Counted from the whole stretch's first letter, positions 51,166-63,426 are shown. The stretch: DNA of 63,974 bases, filler included, from Octopus bimaculoides (GCF_001194135.2; 6 parts of 6 records of this genome joined end to end with filler, not necessarily neighbours in it), one strand, 5' to 3'. A program made the numbers and translations. The notes: a model not told the origin generated them from the letters alone.

Positions 51166-53074
51166 CACACACACACACGTACACGCATCGGGAGTAACCT
51201 TAAGTTTTCTTTATGGCATAGCGTCCATTTTGGTCAATCTACAATTTATTTAAATTCGTTTTCTACACATTTTTTTTTACACCTTGTAGGCTGTTTTTTT
51301 TTTGTTTTTGTTTTCGTGTCTGGGTCTTAATTTGTACATTGACCTCCGTTTTTGCTGAATGTTTAGCTGAAAGTGTAACTAAAGGAGAGATTCGTTTGCT
51401 TATTTCTAGTGTCTCAAGCGAGTACATAGACGCCCTGTTGTTGTCAAGCCCAGTCTTTGTTTAACCCATAAACTGCGATAGGCCAGCCACTTCAGTGGCC
51501 ACGGAAGTAGGAGATGATCTGACCTAATTTTGATGACGTGTAATGTATGCACACGATACCCTTTCACCCCAGAAACAGTGTAGCCAATCACAGAAGGTGT
51601 TAAGAAACACTGAGTATTTTTTTCGAGTGATAGATCGATGTTGACCTTTTCCCAAAATAGGCTCAGCAGTTCGTGTTACACACAGCAAAATCCCAGCAGT
51701 TTATGGGTTAAAGACGGTATGGTGTATGTAATTTGTGGACTATTAGGATGGCATTTGAAGCATATCGCGCAACCTCTTAGTAAACGTTTCGTCGGCAGAT
51801 CCTGTATATATTTTGAAACCTCTTACAGATGTTTTGACAATGAGCATCGCTGATTGACAGGTGAGCCAAGGTAGCAGTCTTGTTCATAGCGCGCCCTCCT
51901 ACTGGTTCGAAGGCATGTACCACCAAACAGGAATTGTCACCACAGACATTGTTGTCCAACAAACTCGTTAGCTGCTCTGGAGTAATTCAGAAGAATTAGC
52001 AGTCAATATTTTTAGGTGAGAAAAGTTTTGTGTAATGTCACATACATCACGATTTTTTTAATCTTCTTCAAAATATTCAACATAGATTACAGGTAAAAAA
52101 ATTTTTTTGTTTAATACTTGTCTGGGTCGTCAAACTTTACTGTGAAAAATGAATCAATGCAATTCTTTAGGTTTACAGCTTAGACATTTGTGTCTCACAC
52201 TGTCACATACGTCACAGGAGAACGGCCCCTATCATTGCCTCTCATGCCTGTCGTTTACTTTCTTTTCTGCTCTCTGTATCAAGTAACCCCTTCTTCTCTG
52301 GTGAGTTCAATAGCAGACTTGAAGTCCCTGGCACGTGGATTGACACATTATAAACAATTTCATTATTTAATTATCACGTCAGAGTTTAAATTGTTTGACA
52401 GTCAGTTTGTTGTCTCATGTTGTCCCATAAAAGTAAATCTGTGAAAATTTTGGTCATTGGTTTCTATTGTCTGTGCAGCTGCGCATAAGAGACCATTCCA
52501 CACGCACGTAGACGGACAGGCAGAGGCTTTGCTTTTATCATACCTAGAAGTATTTGCTGTAGTCACAAGACGAACATCGGAGGTCTTGTTACGATGAAAA
52601 AATAAACTCAGCTAGAATTTATTGTAATAGTTTAATAATTTAATATAACATTTGTCTCGAGGTCACAGGCCTGCAAGGTTTGAATTTATCTTGGTTTCCG
52701 AGTTAAGCTCCACCGACACAAGCCTGTATCCTAGATTCGTTTTAGTGATTGAGGGAACAAGACTATTCCCTGAACGAAACGCCAGTTTATTGTAGAGTCA
52801 GTTCTCATTTTTAACTGAGACCAGAGCTCAAAGATACAATGTGCGACCCAGTGCAAGAACTGAACTCGACTTAACGATTGTGAGTTTAAAACAACTACAC
52901 CATTTACACAGACACGCGATGGCTCGTCCATAAAATTTGACGATGGCCTAGCAGTTGCAAAAAGGATACAAATAAATAAATAAATAAATGAAAATAAGAT
53001 TATTTATGGGTTTTGCTGTCGTTGATGACGTCTACTCTCTGGAATAGATGTATTTGGCATAAACCCCACAATAA

Positions 53075-53540
53075 TATTCATTGGAAAAGTCAGCAAACCA
53101 AAGTTGGTCGTTTTTCTTCTAGTTGCTTGCAGAAGATCTCCTTTGTTATCATTTGGTTTGGATTTAAAAGTTCAAAGTAGACTAAACCTTTCATATCCCA
53201 CGAAACAGATGACACCTTACACGGGCGAAGTCCTTCTTTAGCCTGGGGTGCTGGTATTTCTCCTTTCCCTACCCAGTCTTCGGTGCCAGGATTGTTAAGA
53301 TGTGATTTACGAGCTTCCCTTTTAGCTTCTGTTGTACAGATTTATGAAGATTCAGATGCTCTGCAGCCCCTAGAACTAGCTTTCTTCCGAGCAGACCTGT
53401 CGCAAGTAAAAATCCTATGAATTTGGGGGCGTGGAGGTAAAGAATACGCACACCACCCGTTTTTGGCGTAATCCTAATCCTAACCCTAAACACCGGGTGT
53501 GCGTATTCTTTACCTTCGCCGAATTTGGGTTGATCTTTCA
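53075..53540 (-). mobile_element. Decayed mariner transposase fragment
   Basis: Minus strand reads HRIFTCD ... WVGKGEIPAPQAKEGLRPCKV..WDMKGLVYFELLNPNQMITKEIFCKQLEEKRP, matching the mariner catalytic domain (RIxTxD, LHPxKV, WDxxGxxYxELL, EKRP). Confidence 0.85.
53428..53520. mobile_element. 93-bp MITE with ~25-bp TIRs and 9-bp TSD
   Basis: GGCG(TG)GAGGTAAAGAATACGCACACC..GGTGTGCGTATTCTTTACCTTCGCC flanked by GAATTTGGG at 53419-53427 and 53521-53529. Confidence 0.85.
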
Positions 53541-53544
53541 TACT

Positions 53545-53960
53545 TTCAAAGTTGCTTTCAGTTCATCTTTGCATCATTTACAAGTTGCACCAGAACTATG
53601 CAGGTTTAAAATAAAAGATAGCTTGTGGCAGTTTAGAGGCAGGCATTCTAATAACGTGCCCAGTTCAACACAACTGGATTTATTTGAGCCTTAGTTTACA
53701 AACTAGATGCGTTAACACGTTTGAGAACTTCTGTTTAGAAAATTCTAACCCTGCAACTTTATGCATAGAATCTTCACTAGGTAAGACACGTGGAAATGGT
53801 TGAGCTTTTTAGAATGTGGTTTAGTGCACTGTCCAAGTTTTAGTGCCATATAGGGAACTTTAAAGTAGTGGAGGGAAGTGGTTATACACCATTAGGTGTA
53901 CACCGCTTCCGTACATTAAATTTCTAGAAGAATCAACGGAACGCAGATTCTGAACAACAT
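53545..53960 (-). mobile_element. RTE-clade LINE 3' fragment (decayed)
   Basis: Minus strand: VY..SLYGTKTWTV, LKKLNHFHVSYLVKILCIK, GHVIRMPASKLPQAIFY, KDELKATLK; typical RTE RT C-terminus. Confidence 0.8.
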
Positions 53961-54099
53961 TTATTTACAGTGGAATTCAGTTGCTCGTCGCCCTCGGTTA
54001 CTGAGACGCCTGCTGAATGATTTCCGTGGTTATTTGTGAAGCTCTGGTGCTGACATGTGAGAGAGCTCTGTTGGACGTCTTGGCTCGACGGAGATCAGT

Positions 54100-54186
54100 C
54101 AACGAAGAGACTGAGAAAAGGCGCCAAAGCTGGGTGTCGAACTCTACGCATGCGCATGAGACTCTTCCTGTATTCCTTCCGGAACT
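54100..54186 (-). promoter_or_regulatory. Candidate TCT-type core promoter with NRF1-like and ETS sites
   Basis: Minus strand CCTTTTCTC (predicted +1 at 54120), TGCGCATGCGTA 54145-54156, CAGGAAG 54164-54170, CCGGAAG 54176-54182, in a CpG-rich unique island. Confidence 0.35.
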
Positions 54187-54846
54187 AGTCCCTGCGCTTG
54201 CGTGGATAAAGCTCCGGACATTGAACATATAACAGTCGTCTGCTATAAGTTGTCACTACAGTAGTATTGTCGACCTTAATTTTGATATTTATGCAAATAT
54301 ATTCCACATTTTATACAGAAGCTGCACTCACCTTGCTGACAAGTGATGATACTTCTGCATCAATACAAGTATTTGGAGACAGTGGGATTATATGACATTC
54401 AAATTGTGTCTATTATTCAGCTAAATCTCAGTTTTATTCCGTTACATACTGAATATACATACGCCTTAACTCGCACATCCATCCGTCTGTGTGTCTGTCT
54501 GCGTGTGTGCGCATGTTAGGTAGATTGGGGCAATTCTTATGTACAGGATGTTTAGGACAACGTTGGACACGGCATGCCTTCTTCGACAGCTAAGTGTATT
54601 GAAACAATTTTCAATTTAGTAGTTTGTTCAGAAACGAAACGAAAGTAGTATCGAACGGACTTAAAAAGCCATGAGAAATGCTAAATAAGTTTATTTACTC
54701 CGCAATGCTTTTTTTTTTGTCACGAGATACATATTCGAATATAACAGGATACTCAAATGAGGTCTATAACAAATGAAATAAAGGAAAGGCTCCCCCCACA
54801 TTGTCTCGCAAATTATTGTTATTATTATTATTATTATTATTATTTT

Positions 54847-55709
54847 GCCAAAAACCCACGTTTTCGGATACGGAGATTTCGGAAAATTGCCAAAAATCGG
54901 TATTTTGAAATTTCTGGCCCCACTTCCGCCCCAATTTCTTCATTTTTCACTTTTTTTTCCGTAACCGTAACCGTAATCCTAAAACCCCAGCCGTAACCCT
55001 AAANNNNNNNNNNNNNNNNNNNNNNNNNNNNNNNNNNNNNNNNNNNNNNNNNNNNNNNNNNNNNNNNNNNNNNNNNNNNNNNNNNNNNNNNNNNNNNNNN
55101 NNNNNNNNNNNNNNNNNNNNNNNNNNNNNNNNNNNNNNNNNNNNNNNNNNNNNNNNNNNNNNNNNNNNNNNNNNNNNNNNNNNNNNNNNNNNNNNNNNNN
55201 NNNNNNNNNNNNNNNNNNNNNNNNNNNNNNNNNNNNNNNNNNNNNNNNNNNNNNNNNNNNNNNNNNNNNNNNNNNNNNNNNNNNNNNNNNNNNNAAACGG
55301 GGTGGGGGGTGGGTGTTTGTATAGAAAAAAAAAATTTTAAAAAGGGATGTTTTTGGTGGGGGACAAAAGGAAGTCTTGCTGAAATAAATGTACACAATGT
55401 TTTTCTTTTATGAACCTTCATCTACTAACAGTAAACAAAGGACAGACATTATCTTTGAAAATATCTCAGTTGACCAGACGCTATTGTGTAAATTGAGCGC
55501 ACGCTATACACTAATGAGAAACATCTGCACAAGTGTGCATCATCTGTTCAGTTCGGCGGGACCAAATTGAACAGATCCCAGACACGCTTTGGGGAAAAGA
55601 CTTACTTTTGTACCCTGCCCAAAACATCCCTTTCAAAATGCCGATTTTTGGCAATTTTCCGGAATCTCCATATCTGAANNNNNNNNNNCTGAAAACAGGG
55701 GTTTTTGAC
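54847..55709. mobile_element. Non-autonomous DNA element with ~65-bp terminal inverted repeats
   Basis: GCCAAAAACCC..TTTTCGGATACGGAGATTTCGGAAAATTGCCAAAAATCGGTATTTTGAAA (54847-54910) versus its near reverse complement at 55631-55709; internal gap. Confidence 0.75.
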
Positions 55710-56174
55710 AAAAAAAAAAAAATAAAAATAAATAAATAAAAAATTTGGGGACGGGACAGGAGGAAGTCTTTTCCTTTACTTTATAATACTTATCGCTATT
55801 TTTCTCCCCCAAAACGAATTTGCTTGACACAGTTTCACCGACATGACTGGAACTGAAATATTGAGTTATTCGGATCAAATATTGACATAAACTTGGAATT
55901 TTCCAATGGTTTTGTTTACATTGGAAGTTAAAGTAGGTCATCAAGGAGGAATTTCAGACATAAAAATCACGGATTTCCTTCAACTCAGTGAACAAACAAC
56001 GGCTGGCCGTCACCAGTACTTTATCCGAAATATCTCCAGCTTTTAAAACAGGATTCGATAATAACGCAAGTGTTTGTTATTAGACGCGTTTTATTTCACA
56101 TCACACTAACCATGCTTAAAACAAAATAGTACTTTCACCAGCTACATAGAAAGACTGAATCATCATCATCATGA

Positions 56175-56310
56175 TCATTATCGTCATCATCATCATCATT
56201 TAACTTCCATTTTCCATTTTGCAGCATGGGTTAGACGGTTCGACAAGACCAGGATAAGCTGCAGAGTTGTCAGGCTTTGAAATGGTTTCTACAGCTGGAT
56301 GCCCTTCCTA
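56175..56310 (-). mobile_element. Retroposon 3' tail, family E, ending in (GAT)n
   Basis: Reverse complement AGGAAGGGCATCCAGCTGTAGAAAC..AACCCATGCTG..ATGGAA..GTTAAATGATGATG; homologous to 58368-58497. Confidence 0.7.
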
Positions 56311-56364
56311 ATTCTGAATCTCATCGTATGTGACTGTGTGTGTGTGTGTACACGCACATATATG

Positions 56365-56415
<51 letters not shown>

Positions 56416-56634
56416 NNNNNNNNNNNNNNNNNNNNNNNNNNNNNNNNNNNNNNNNNNNNNNNNNNNNNNNNNNNNNNNNNNNNNNNNNNNNNNNNNNNNN
56501 NNNNNNNNNNNNNNNNNNNNNNNNNNNNNNNNNNNNNNNNNNNNNNNNNNNNNNNNNNNNNNNNNNNNNNNNNNNNNNNNNNNNNNNNNNNNNNNNNNNN
56601 NNNNNNNNNNNNNNNNNNNNNNNNNNNNNNNNNN

Positions 56635-56671
<37 letters not shown>

Positions 56672-57069
56672 CTCTTTTTACTCTTTTACTTGTTTCAGTC
56701 ATTTGACTGCGGCCATGCTGGAGCACCGCCTATAGTCGAGCATATCGACCCCGGGACTTATTCTTTGTAAGTCTAGTACTTATTCTATCGGTCTCTTTTG
56801 CCGAACCGCTAAGTGACGGGACATAAACACACCAGCATTGGTTGTCAAGCAATGCTAGGAGGACCAACACAGACACACAAACACACACATATATATACAT
56901 ATATACGACGGGCTTCTTTCAGTTTCCGTCTACCAAATCCACTCACAAGGCTTTGGTTGGCCCGAGGCTATAGTAGAAGACACTTGCCCAAGGTGCCATG
57001 CAGTGGGACTGAACCCGGAATCATGTGGTTGGTAAGCAAGCTACTTACCACACAGCCACTCCTGCACCT
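56672..57069 (-). mobile_element. SINE family B (full length, young-looking)
   Basis: Near-perfect reverse complement of 48440-48860 outside the microsatellite. Confidence 0.92.
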
Positions 57070-57715
57070 ATATATATGATATGTATATATCTTTGTGTTT
57101 GTCACTCCTATTACTGCTTCACAGCTGGTGTTGGTTTGTTTATGTCCCTCTAACTCAGCGCCTCAACAAAAAAGAAGTAGCTGACTTAAAATGCTAACAA
57201 CACTACAAGGCTCTGCTCCAGCATGACCGAAGTCCCGTGACTGAAACAAGCAAAATGATATTTATGTTATATTAATGTAAAGCTACATAATAAATCATCT
57301 TGAATTCAAGACAACTTTTTTTCTTAACTTCTTTGGCTGGGATCAGGATTGTGAACTATTTATTAATAAGGAGAAAAAAATAATAAATAAAGCAGTTAAG
57401 AAACATTAATCTACTGTTGAAGATAATGTATACACTCGGTTATCTTCACTCCTATAATTTCTCTCTTCACAATCATATAACAAGCCCTCATTGAATGACA
57501 TGTTTGTCAAGTCGCCTAATCTGTCAACCTTAAGACGATATGGCCGTCATGATCCACTTGAAAACGTTTCCGTCAGCAATGCTGTTTCCGGTGTGTGTGT
57601 GTGTGTATGTACGTACGTGTGTGATTTGATAAGTGCTGTGCATGAAAGCTTTACTTTTCAAGCAACTTTTGTAATATTCTACTGATTAAATATATATATA
57701 TAAGTATATATATCT

Positions 57716-57870
57716 GAGACCCCCTTCGGTCATGACTGACCATGGCATTGCACCTAGAAAGTTACCCTCCCAGGCACAAGTCCGGGCAAGGTTGTTTATG
57801 GAAGACCAGCAGTCGCCCATGCATATCAGCTTCCCCTCTCCCACCAATATTATCCAAGGGAAAGGCAAAG
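57716..57870 (-). mobile_element. Probable SINE 3' portion (head in gap)
   Basis: GC-rich block ending at a (TA) tract and running into a gap; no second copy in the window, so assignment rests on recollection of octopus repeats. Confidence 0.4.
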
Positions 57871-58367
57871 NNNNNNNNNNNNNNNNNNNNNNNNNNNNNN
57901 NNNNNNNNNNNNNNNNNNNNNNNNNNNNNNNNNNNNNNNNNNNNNNNNNNNNNNNNNNNNNNNNNNNNNNNNNNNNNNNNNNNNNNNNNNNNNNNNNNNN
58001 NNNNNNNNNNNNNNNNNNNNNNNNNNNNNNNNNNNNNNNNNNNNNNNNNNNNNNNNNNNNNNNNNNNNNNNNNNNNNNNNNNNNNNNNNNNNNNNNNNNN
58101 NNNNNNNNNNNNNNNNNNNNNNNNNNNNNNNNNNNNNNNNNNNNNNNNNNNNNNNNNNNNNNNNNNNNNNNNNNNNNNNNNNNNNNNNNNNNNNNNNNNN
58201 NNNNNNNNNNNNNNNNNNNNNNNNNNNNNNNNNNNNNNNNNNNNNNNNNNNNNNNNNNNNNNNNNNNNNNNNNNNNNNNNNNNNNNNNNNNNNNNNNNNN
58301 NNNNNNNNNNNNNNNNNNNNNNNNNNNNNNNNNNNNNNNNNNNNNNNNNNNNNNNNNNNNNNNNNNA

Positions 58368-58497
58368 GCTGTAGAAACTCTGCCAAATCAGATTGGAGCC
58401 TGGTGTAGCCATCAGGTTTCATCAGTCCCCAGTCAAATCGTCCAACCCATGCTAGCATGGAAAGCGGATGTTAAACGATGATGATGATGATGATGAT
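58368..58497 (+). mobile_element. Retroposon 3' tail, family E (RTE-like tail by inference)
   Basis: GCTGTAGAAAC..CCAACCCATGCTAGCATGGAAAGCGGATGTTAAAC(GAT)n; partial third copy near 59293-59325. Confidence 0.75.
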
Positions 58498-59145
58498 ATA
58501 GCTGCATGTGAAGTGTTGATGATTTTCCTTTTCTTCTCTTTGGACTTTCCCCTTTCTGACAAAGAGCTAAGCTTGAAATGTTAACAACACTCTCCTTTTA
58601 CTGAGCTTCAAATTAATATATTGATTGTGCACATCCTCACATTCATTTTTTTTTTTTTTTTTTTTTTTTTCTCTCTAATTTTGATTTAATTGTTCTTTGA
58701 ATTGACTATGTATGTGTGTGTGTGTGTATGTATATACATGTGTGTATGAATACATATGCAAATCATCATTATCATTTAACTTCCTTATATATATGTGTTC
58801 CGGAGTACCGAGGAACTTCGGTGTAAATATATCAAATTAAGAATTCTACGAGGTATATTACAATGGAAAATACCAAACAGAATCTCACCTTTTATCTTCC
58901 TACTTTAACTTATTCTATGTGATATAATTCTTGGGAAAGAATACATTTGCGGCTGAAGATAGCTTTATACTATGATGCAACAACTATAAAGCTTGAAACA
59001 TGTGTACCGCAGAATCCTTTGTGTTTTGTTTTTATTTTACATTTCCAATTTATTCATTCACCCCGACCACGAGCTGGCATACAAAGGTGCTTACAATTAT
59101 CAAGTATTACCTCTAATATTTACTTTACCTATATATACATGTATG

Positions 59146-59176
<31 letters not shown>

Positions 59177-59355
59177 TCAGGCACACATACATATAAGTGC
59201 CTGTGGTGTATGAGAGCCTTTACCTAAAAAAGGTAAGGGTTAACATTAGAAAGGAATTCAGCTACATGACAATGATGTCTAATACATGTGTGACTCATGC
59301 TAGCATGGAAAAGCGGATGTAAAACAAATGAAAGTATATATGGGATATACATGTA

Positions 59356-59410
<55 letters not shown>

Positions 59411-60269
59411 GTATATATATATTTCTTTAGGCCATATCTGGCCTAAATATTCTATATTTTCTATATTCAACTTAGCCATATCTGGCCTCTTATACCTAGC
59501 CTACATTTACATTCTAAAAATAAAACAATTACATCATCGAAACCTCAAAGCTCTAAGATAATGTACGATTAATTCGAAACAATTTGAGTAAAAATGCATT
59601 ACATTTAACAGACTAATNNNNNNNNNNNNNNNNNNNNNNNNNNNNNNNNNNNNNNNNNNNNTTAATTAATTAANNNNNNNNNNNNNNNNNNNNNNNNNNN
59701 NNNNNNNNNNNNNNNNNTAACTGTCAAATTCAAGTTAAATAGATAAATTACCTTACACATCTTCAGGTTAAATGGTAAATAGCAAAAAGTGAACACCAAA
59801 AACATCGTCTCTAAGTCTGGTTCATATTCAAATTTCTCCTAAAGGAGAAATTCTTGTAAAAGAATTCATCCTATTATTGAATTTAAATATATAACCAGAA
59901 TATATTCAAAGCTGAATTTATTCTGAGAAAAAAAAACACATGTACCGAGATGCAATTCGAAATTCCCACCACTTACATAGGTAAATAGCGATGAACAGTC
60001 TTCTATGTACTATATTGGATACCCGGTGTTCGTTTGGTATGTGGATTTTCTGTTTACCTATATTTATCTTGGCCGAGGTTGTATAATACTACAATAACTA
60101 CGAAATCATGATCTATAATTCAGTCTGTTTTTAAGGGGCTGGCTTTGAGAGTTGCATTTCCTCGCGTTTCGGTAAAAATGTTTTTTATGGTAGTGTGACC
60201 TTAGAGTCCCTCATAGCGTGAGGCATTATTGTATAGTTATGCCCTTATATAAATATATATATATATATA

Positions 60270-60301
<32 letters not shown>

Positions 60302-60339
60302 CTTACGCACGGCAAAAAAAAAAAATTTGGTCAAGCTTT

Positions 60340-60883
60340 TTTACAGGTTTTTCAGTATCTAAAAATTTGTTTAGAATTATCCTTTAATAATAAAAGATTA
60401 GACAGTTTTTACAATAATAGAAATAATAATCCTATTACAGAGAATGATCTAGCTAGAAATTGTGATTATAGATATAAGGATAAATATTATTTTAATAATT
60501 TTTGTTTACAAAATAACCTTGTATGTAGATGTAGGGTTGAATCGGAACGGAAAAATCATTTTTACATAGGGTTCAACGGAAAATTTTATTAAAAAAAAAT
60601 AATCGCAAACCATGAGTATACATTTAGAAATAGAGATAGGTTTAACAATACTAATCTGAGTAAAGTAATTTGGAAATTAAATGATAGCAACAAATTATAC
60701 AACATAAATAAGAAAATACTTAATAATGCTAGATCGCACAAAATTAATGATGCTAGATGTAACTTATGTGTAAATGAATTATATCAGATATTAACATCTT
60801 AGAAGAAATTACTTAATGAAAGATGTGAGAGTGTTCTGTCTTGTACACACTATTCTAAATATGTGTTTAGAAAACTTTGTTAA
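60340..60883 (+). mobile_element. Penelope-like element relic: GIY-YIG endonuclease domain (pseudogenised)
   Basis: NCDYRYKDK..CLQNNLVCRCRV..HFYIG, then after a frameshift ANHEYTFRN..TNLSKVIWKLND..YNI..IL..ARS..RCNLCVNELYQIL..LLNERCE..CTH; motif order typical of PLE endonucleases. Confidence 0.85.
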
Positions 60884-61015
60884 GTGTGTATATATTTGTA
60901 CTCGTATGTATCTATNNNNNNNNNNNNNNNNNNNNNNNNNNNNNNNNNNNNNNNNNNNNTTAATTAATTAANNNNNNNNNNNNNNNNNNNNNNNNNNNNN
61001 NNNNNNNNNNNNNNN

Positions 61016-61047
<32 letters not shown>

Positions 61048-61520
61048 TAGTGAAAAAGTTTGATAAAAAATTTTTCTACATGGGTAATTGTAGCGAAAGA
61101 TATAAAAAGAAAGAAAATGCACAGACGTTTCTGGTTATGACTGATGAAAGTAGCATTAACTTTCAGGCTCATTCAATTTTTCTCAACTGATCAATGGGCT
61201 GAGTGAGTTAACCTGTCAGTAATGAACTTATAATGACAACAGGAAAGAGCTGTAAGTAAAATTTCGTGCAATAACGAAAAATACATTATTTATAACTGGA
61301 GCACAATCATAAATTCACAATACAGAATGGTGATGAACAATAACCTTGGACCCTGTCACAAGAATAAGCAGAGTTCTTAACTAATTTAAGCAATATTGTT
61401 AGCCTGGTGTACTATCAGAGTGCTTATAAAATTTTTTGTTCCAGATTGATAATCCTTCACTAATAATTCTGTAATATATGTATGTGTGTGTGTACGTATG
61501 TACAAAAATATATATATATA

Positions 61521-61975
61521 GACTACTGCTCTCAACTGTGGTCACCCTGCTGTGTCAAATTAATAGCAGAATTCCAGGCAAGATTACATCAATAGAACAA
61601 CTGAGCTACTGGGAGAGATTGAAAGAACTATGACTCTGCTCCCTGGAGTGATGATGGGAGAGGTATGCAGGGATCATGGAGGGGCTGCACCAAACTTTGG
61701 TACTGAGAGATATACCAACCCCTAAACTGGACGTCACTGCACTGTTCCAAATGTCGCAGCTATCCTGTCTAGAGTGAAGACCATGTACTGCAACAGCTTG
61801 GGATTCAAGGGCCCACAGCTACTTAACACATCTGAGCGATCTTTGTTGAATAGGGGTAGGTGTTTCAAGAAACAGCTTGACCTCCTGCTCTCCAAGGTCC
61901 CAGATGAACCTATATCAAGGTAGGAAACCCAAAAGAGAGTAACAGTGTCAAACTCCTTCCTTCACCAAAAGCCAA
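61521..61975 (+). mobile_element. CR1-like LINE 3' fragment (decayed)
   Basis: DYCSQLWSP..LSYWERLKEL*LCSLE..ERY..SLGFKGPQLLN..FKKQLDLLLSKVPDEP. Confidence 0.85.
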
Positions 61976-62065
61976 TCACATAAGATTGGCCATTGAAAAG
62001 GTGGTTACACTGGTGGTGCCCCAGCATGGCCACAGCCTTAAGACTGAAACATGAAAAATAGAAGA

Positions 62066-62098
<33 letters not shown>

Positions 62099-62136
62099 TA
62101 TGTGTGTGTGTGTGCATGTATACATATATATGTATA

Positions 62137-62188
<52 letters not shown>

Positions 62189-62644
62189 NNNNNNNNNNAC
62201 ATATGTGTGTGTATGTATATATATATATATACACACACACACACATATATAAATACATTTCCTATTCATATGAGATAATTGAGATAAAACAGAAGTATAT
62301 CAGAAGTACTTGTCGCATACTTTAAATTGCTTCCTCCTACTCCCTATATCTAAAGAGTAAACACCTCACAAAACAGGCATCCTCCCACTCATACAAATAT
62401 TGTCTTTAGAAATAGTACTTTTAGAAGGTAATCCAACCCCTTATACATACATTCATAAATGCATGTAAAAATATGTGTGTACATATGTGTGTGTCTATAA
62501 ATAAATGGATAATGGATAATGAAGTTTTAGAATCCCTTCCTCCANNNNNNNNNNNNNNNNNNNNNNNNNNNNNNNNNNNNNNNNNNNNTTAATTAATTAA
62601 NNNNNNNNNNNNNNNNNNNNNNNNNNNNNNNNNNNNNNNNNNNN

Positions 62645-62688
<44 letters not shown>

Positions 62689-63131
62689 CACGTTTCTATG
62701 TATATATAAATGTATGTATGTATTACGTACGTATATTAGTGATGATGTAGTGTTTGAGATCGGCCAATATATCTTTTAAATATACTTGTTAAATCAACTA
62801 TTAAATAGACCTAATTATCGTTTTGTATTAAACCTAAAACTTGTGAATGGCTTCTCTTATCATGAATCGGTAATAGAAGAATTTTCTCAAAAAGATTTAT
62901 TATTTATGTATTCATTTATTGGATTGTCCGTTCGTCTGTAATCATTCTTCTAACCTTGAGAGGCTAACTGATAGAAACACTTCCAAGCAATTACATTCTA
63001 GTATTTTAACCAATTCACAACGATGAGAATTTAACGAGTAAGTTTCATTACAGTCTCTTATCTTCCTCTTGTAAACCTCATTAAGTACCATACAAAGCAT
63101 CTTTATAATTATAATAATTATTATTATTATT

Positions 63132-63426
63132 AAGTCGGTGAGCTGGCAGAATCGTTCGCACGCCGGGTGAAATGCTTAGCGGTGTTTCGTCAGCCGCTAT
63201 CAATCAACTTTAAACACTTTGCAAATAACTGTTTTAAGTTCAATACCTACCAGTGTCTGGTAAGAATTTTCATTTTATAACAGTTTCGATAAAATGTTAT
63301 ACCTGGTCATCATGGAGACCTCTTCGCGGTCGATAAAATAAGCAACAGTTGGGGCACTGAAATCGATGCAATCATCTTACCCCACCCATCCCGAAATTGC
63401 TGGCCCTGTGCCAAAATTTGAAACCT
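63132..63426 (+). mobile_element. SINE family A split by ~130 bp of unrelated sequence
   Basis: Head 63132-63198 (GAGCTGGCAGAATCG..AAATGCTTAGCGG); tail 63329-63426 (GTCGATAAAATAAG..TTGCTGGCCCTGTGCCAAAATTTGAAACC). Confidence 0.75.

Noticed and set aside
51770-51835. GAAACGUU motif on the minus strand with upstream CUGUAAGA
   Set aside because: Helices I and II do not form
51180-52460. Old repeat-like region with CCAAT and TGACGTG motifs
   Set aside because: No transposase or RT motif could be read in any frame; left unclassified
59425-59617. Fragment resembling an octopus piggyBac-type MITE (GGCCATATCTGGCC repeats)
   Set aside because: Termini and TTAA TSD not visible (runs into a gap); recollection alone is insufficient
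61141-61168. CTGATGA followed by a hairpin
   Set aside because: No GAAA after helix II; likewise rejected CTGAAGA hits near 23736, 24252 and 40859
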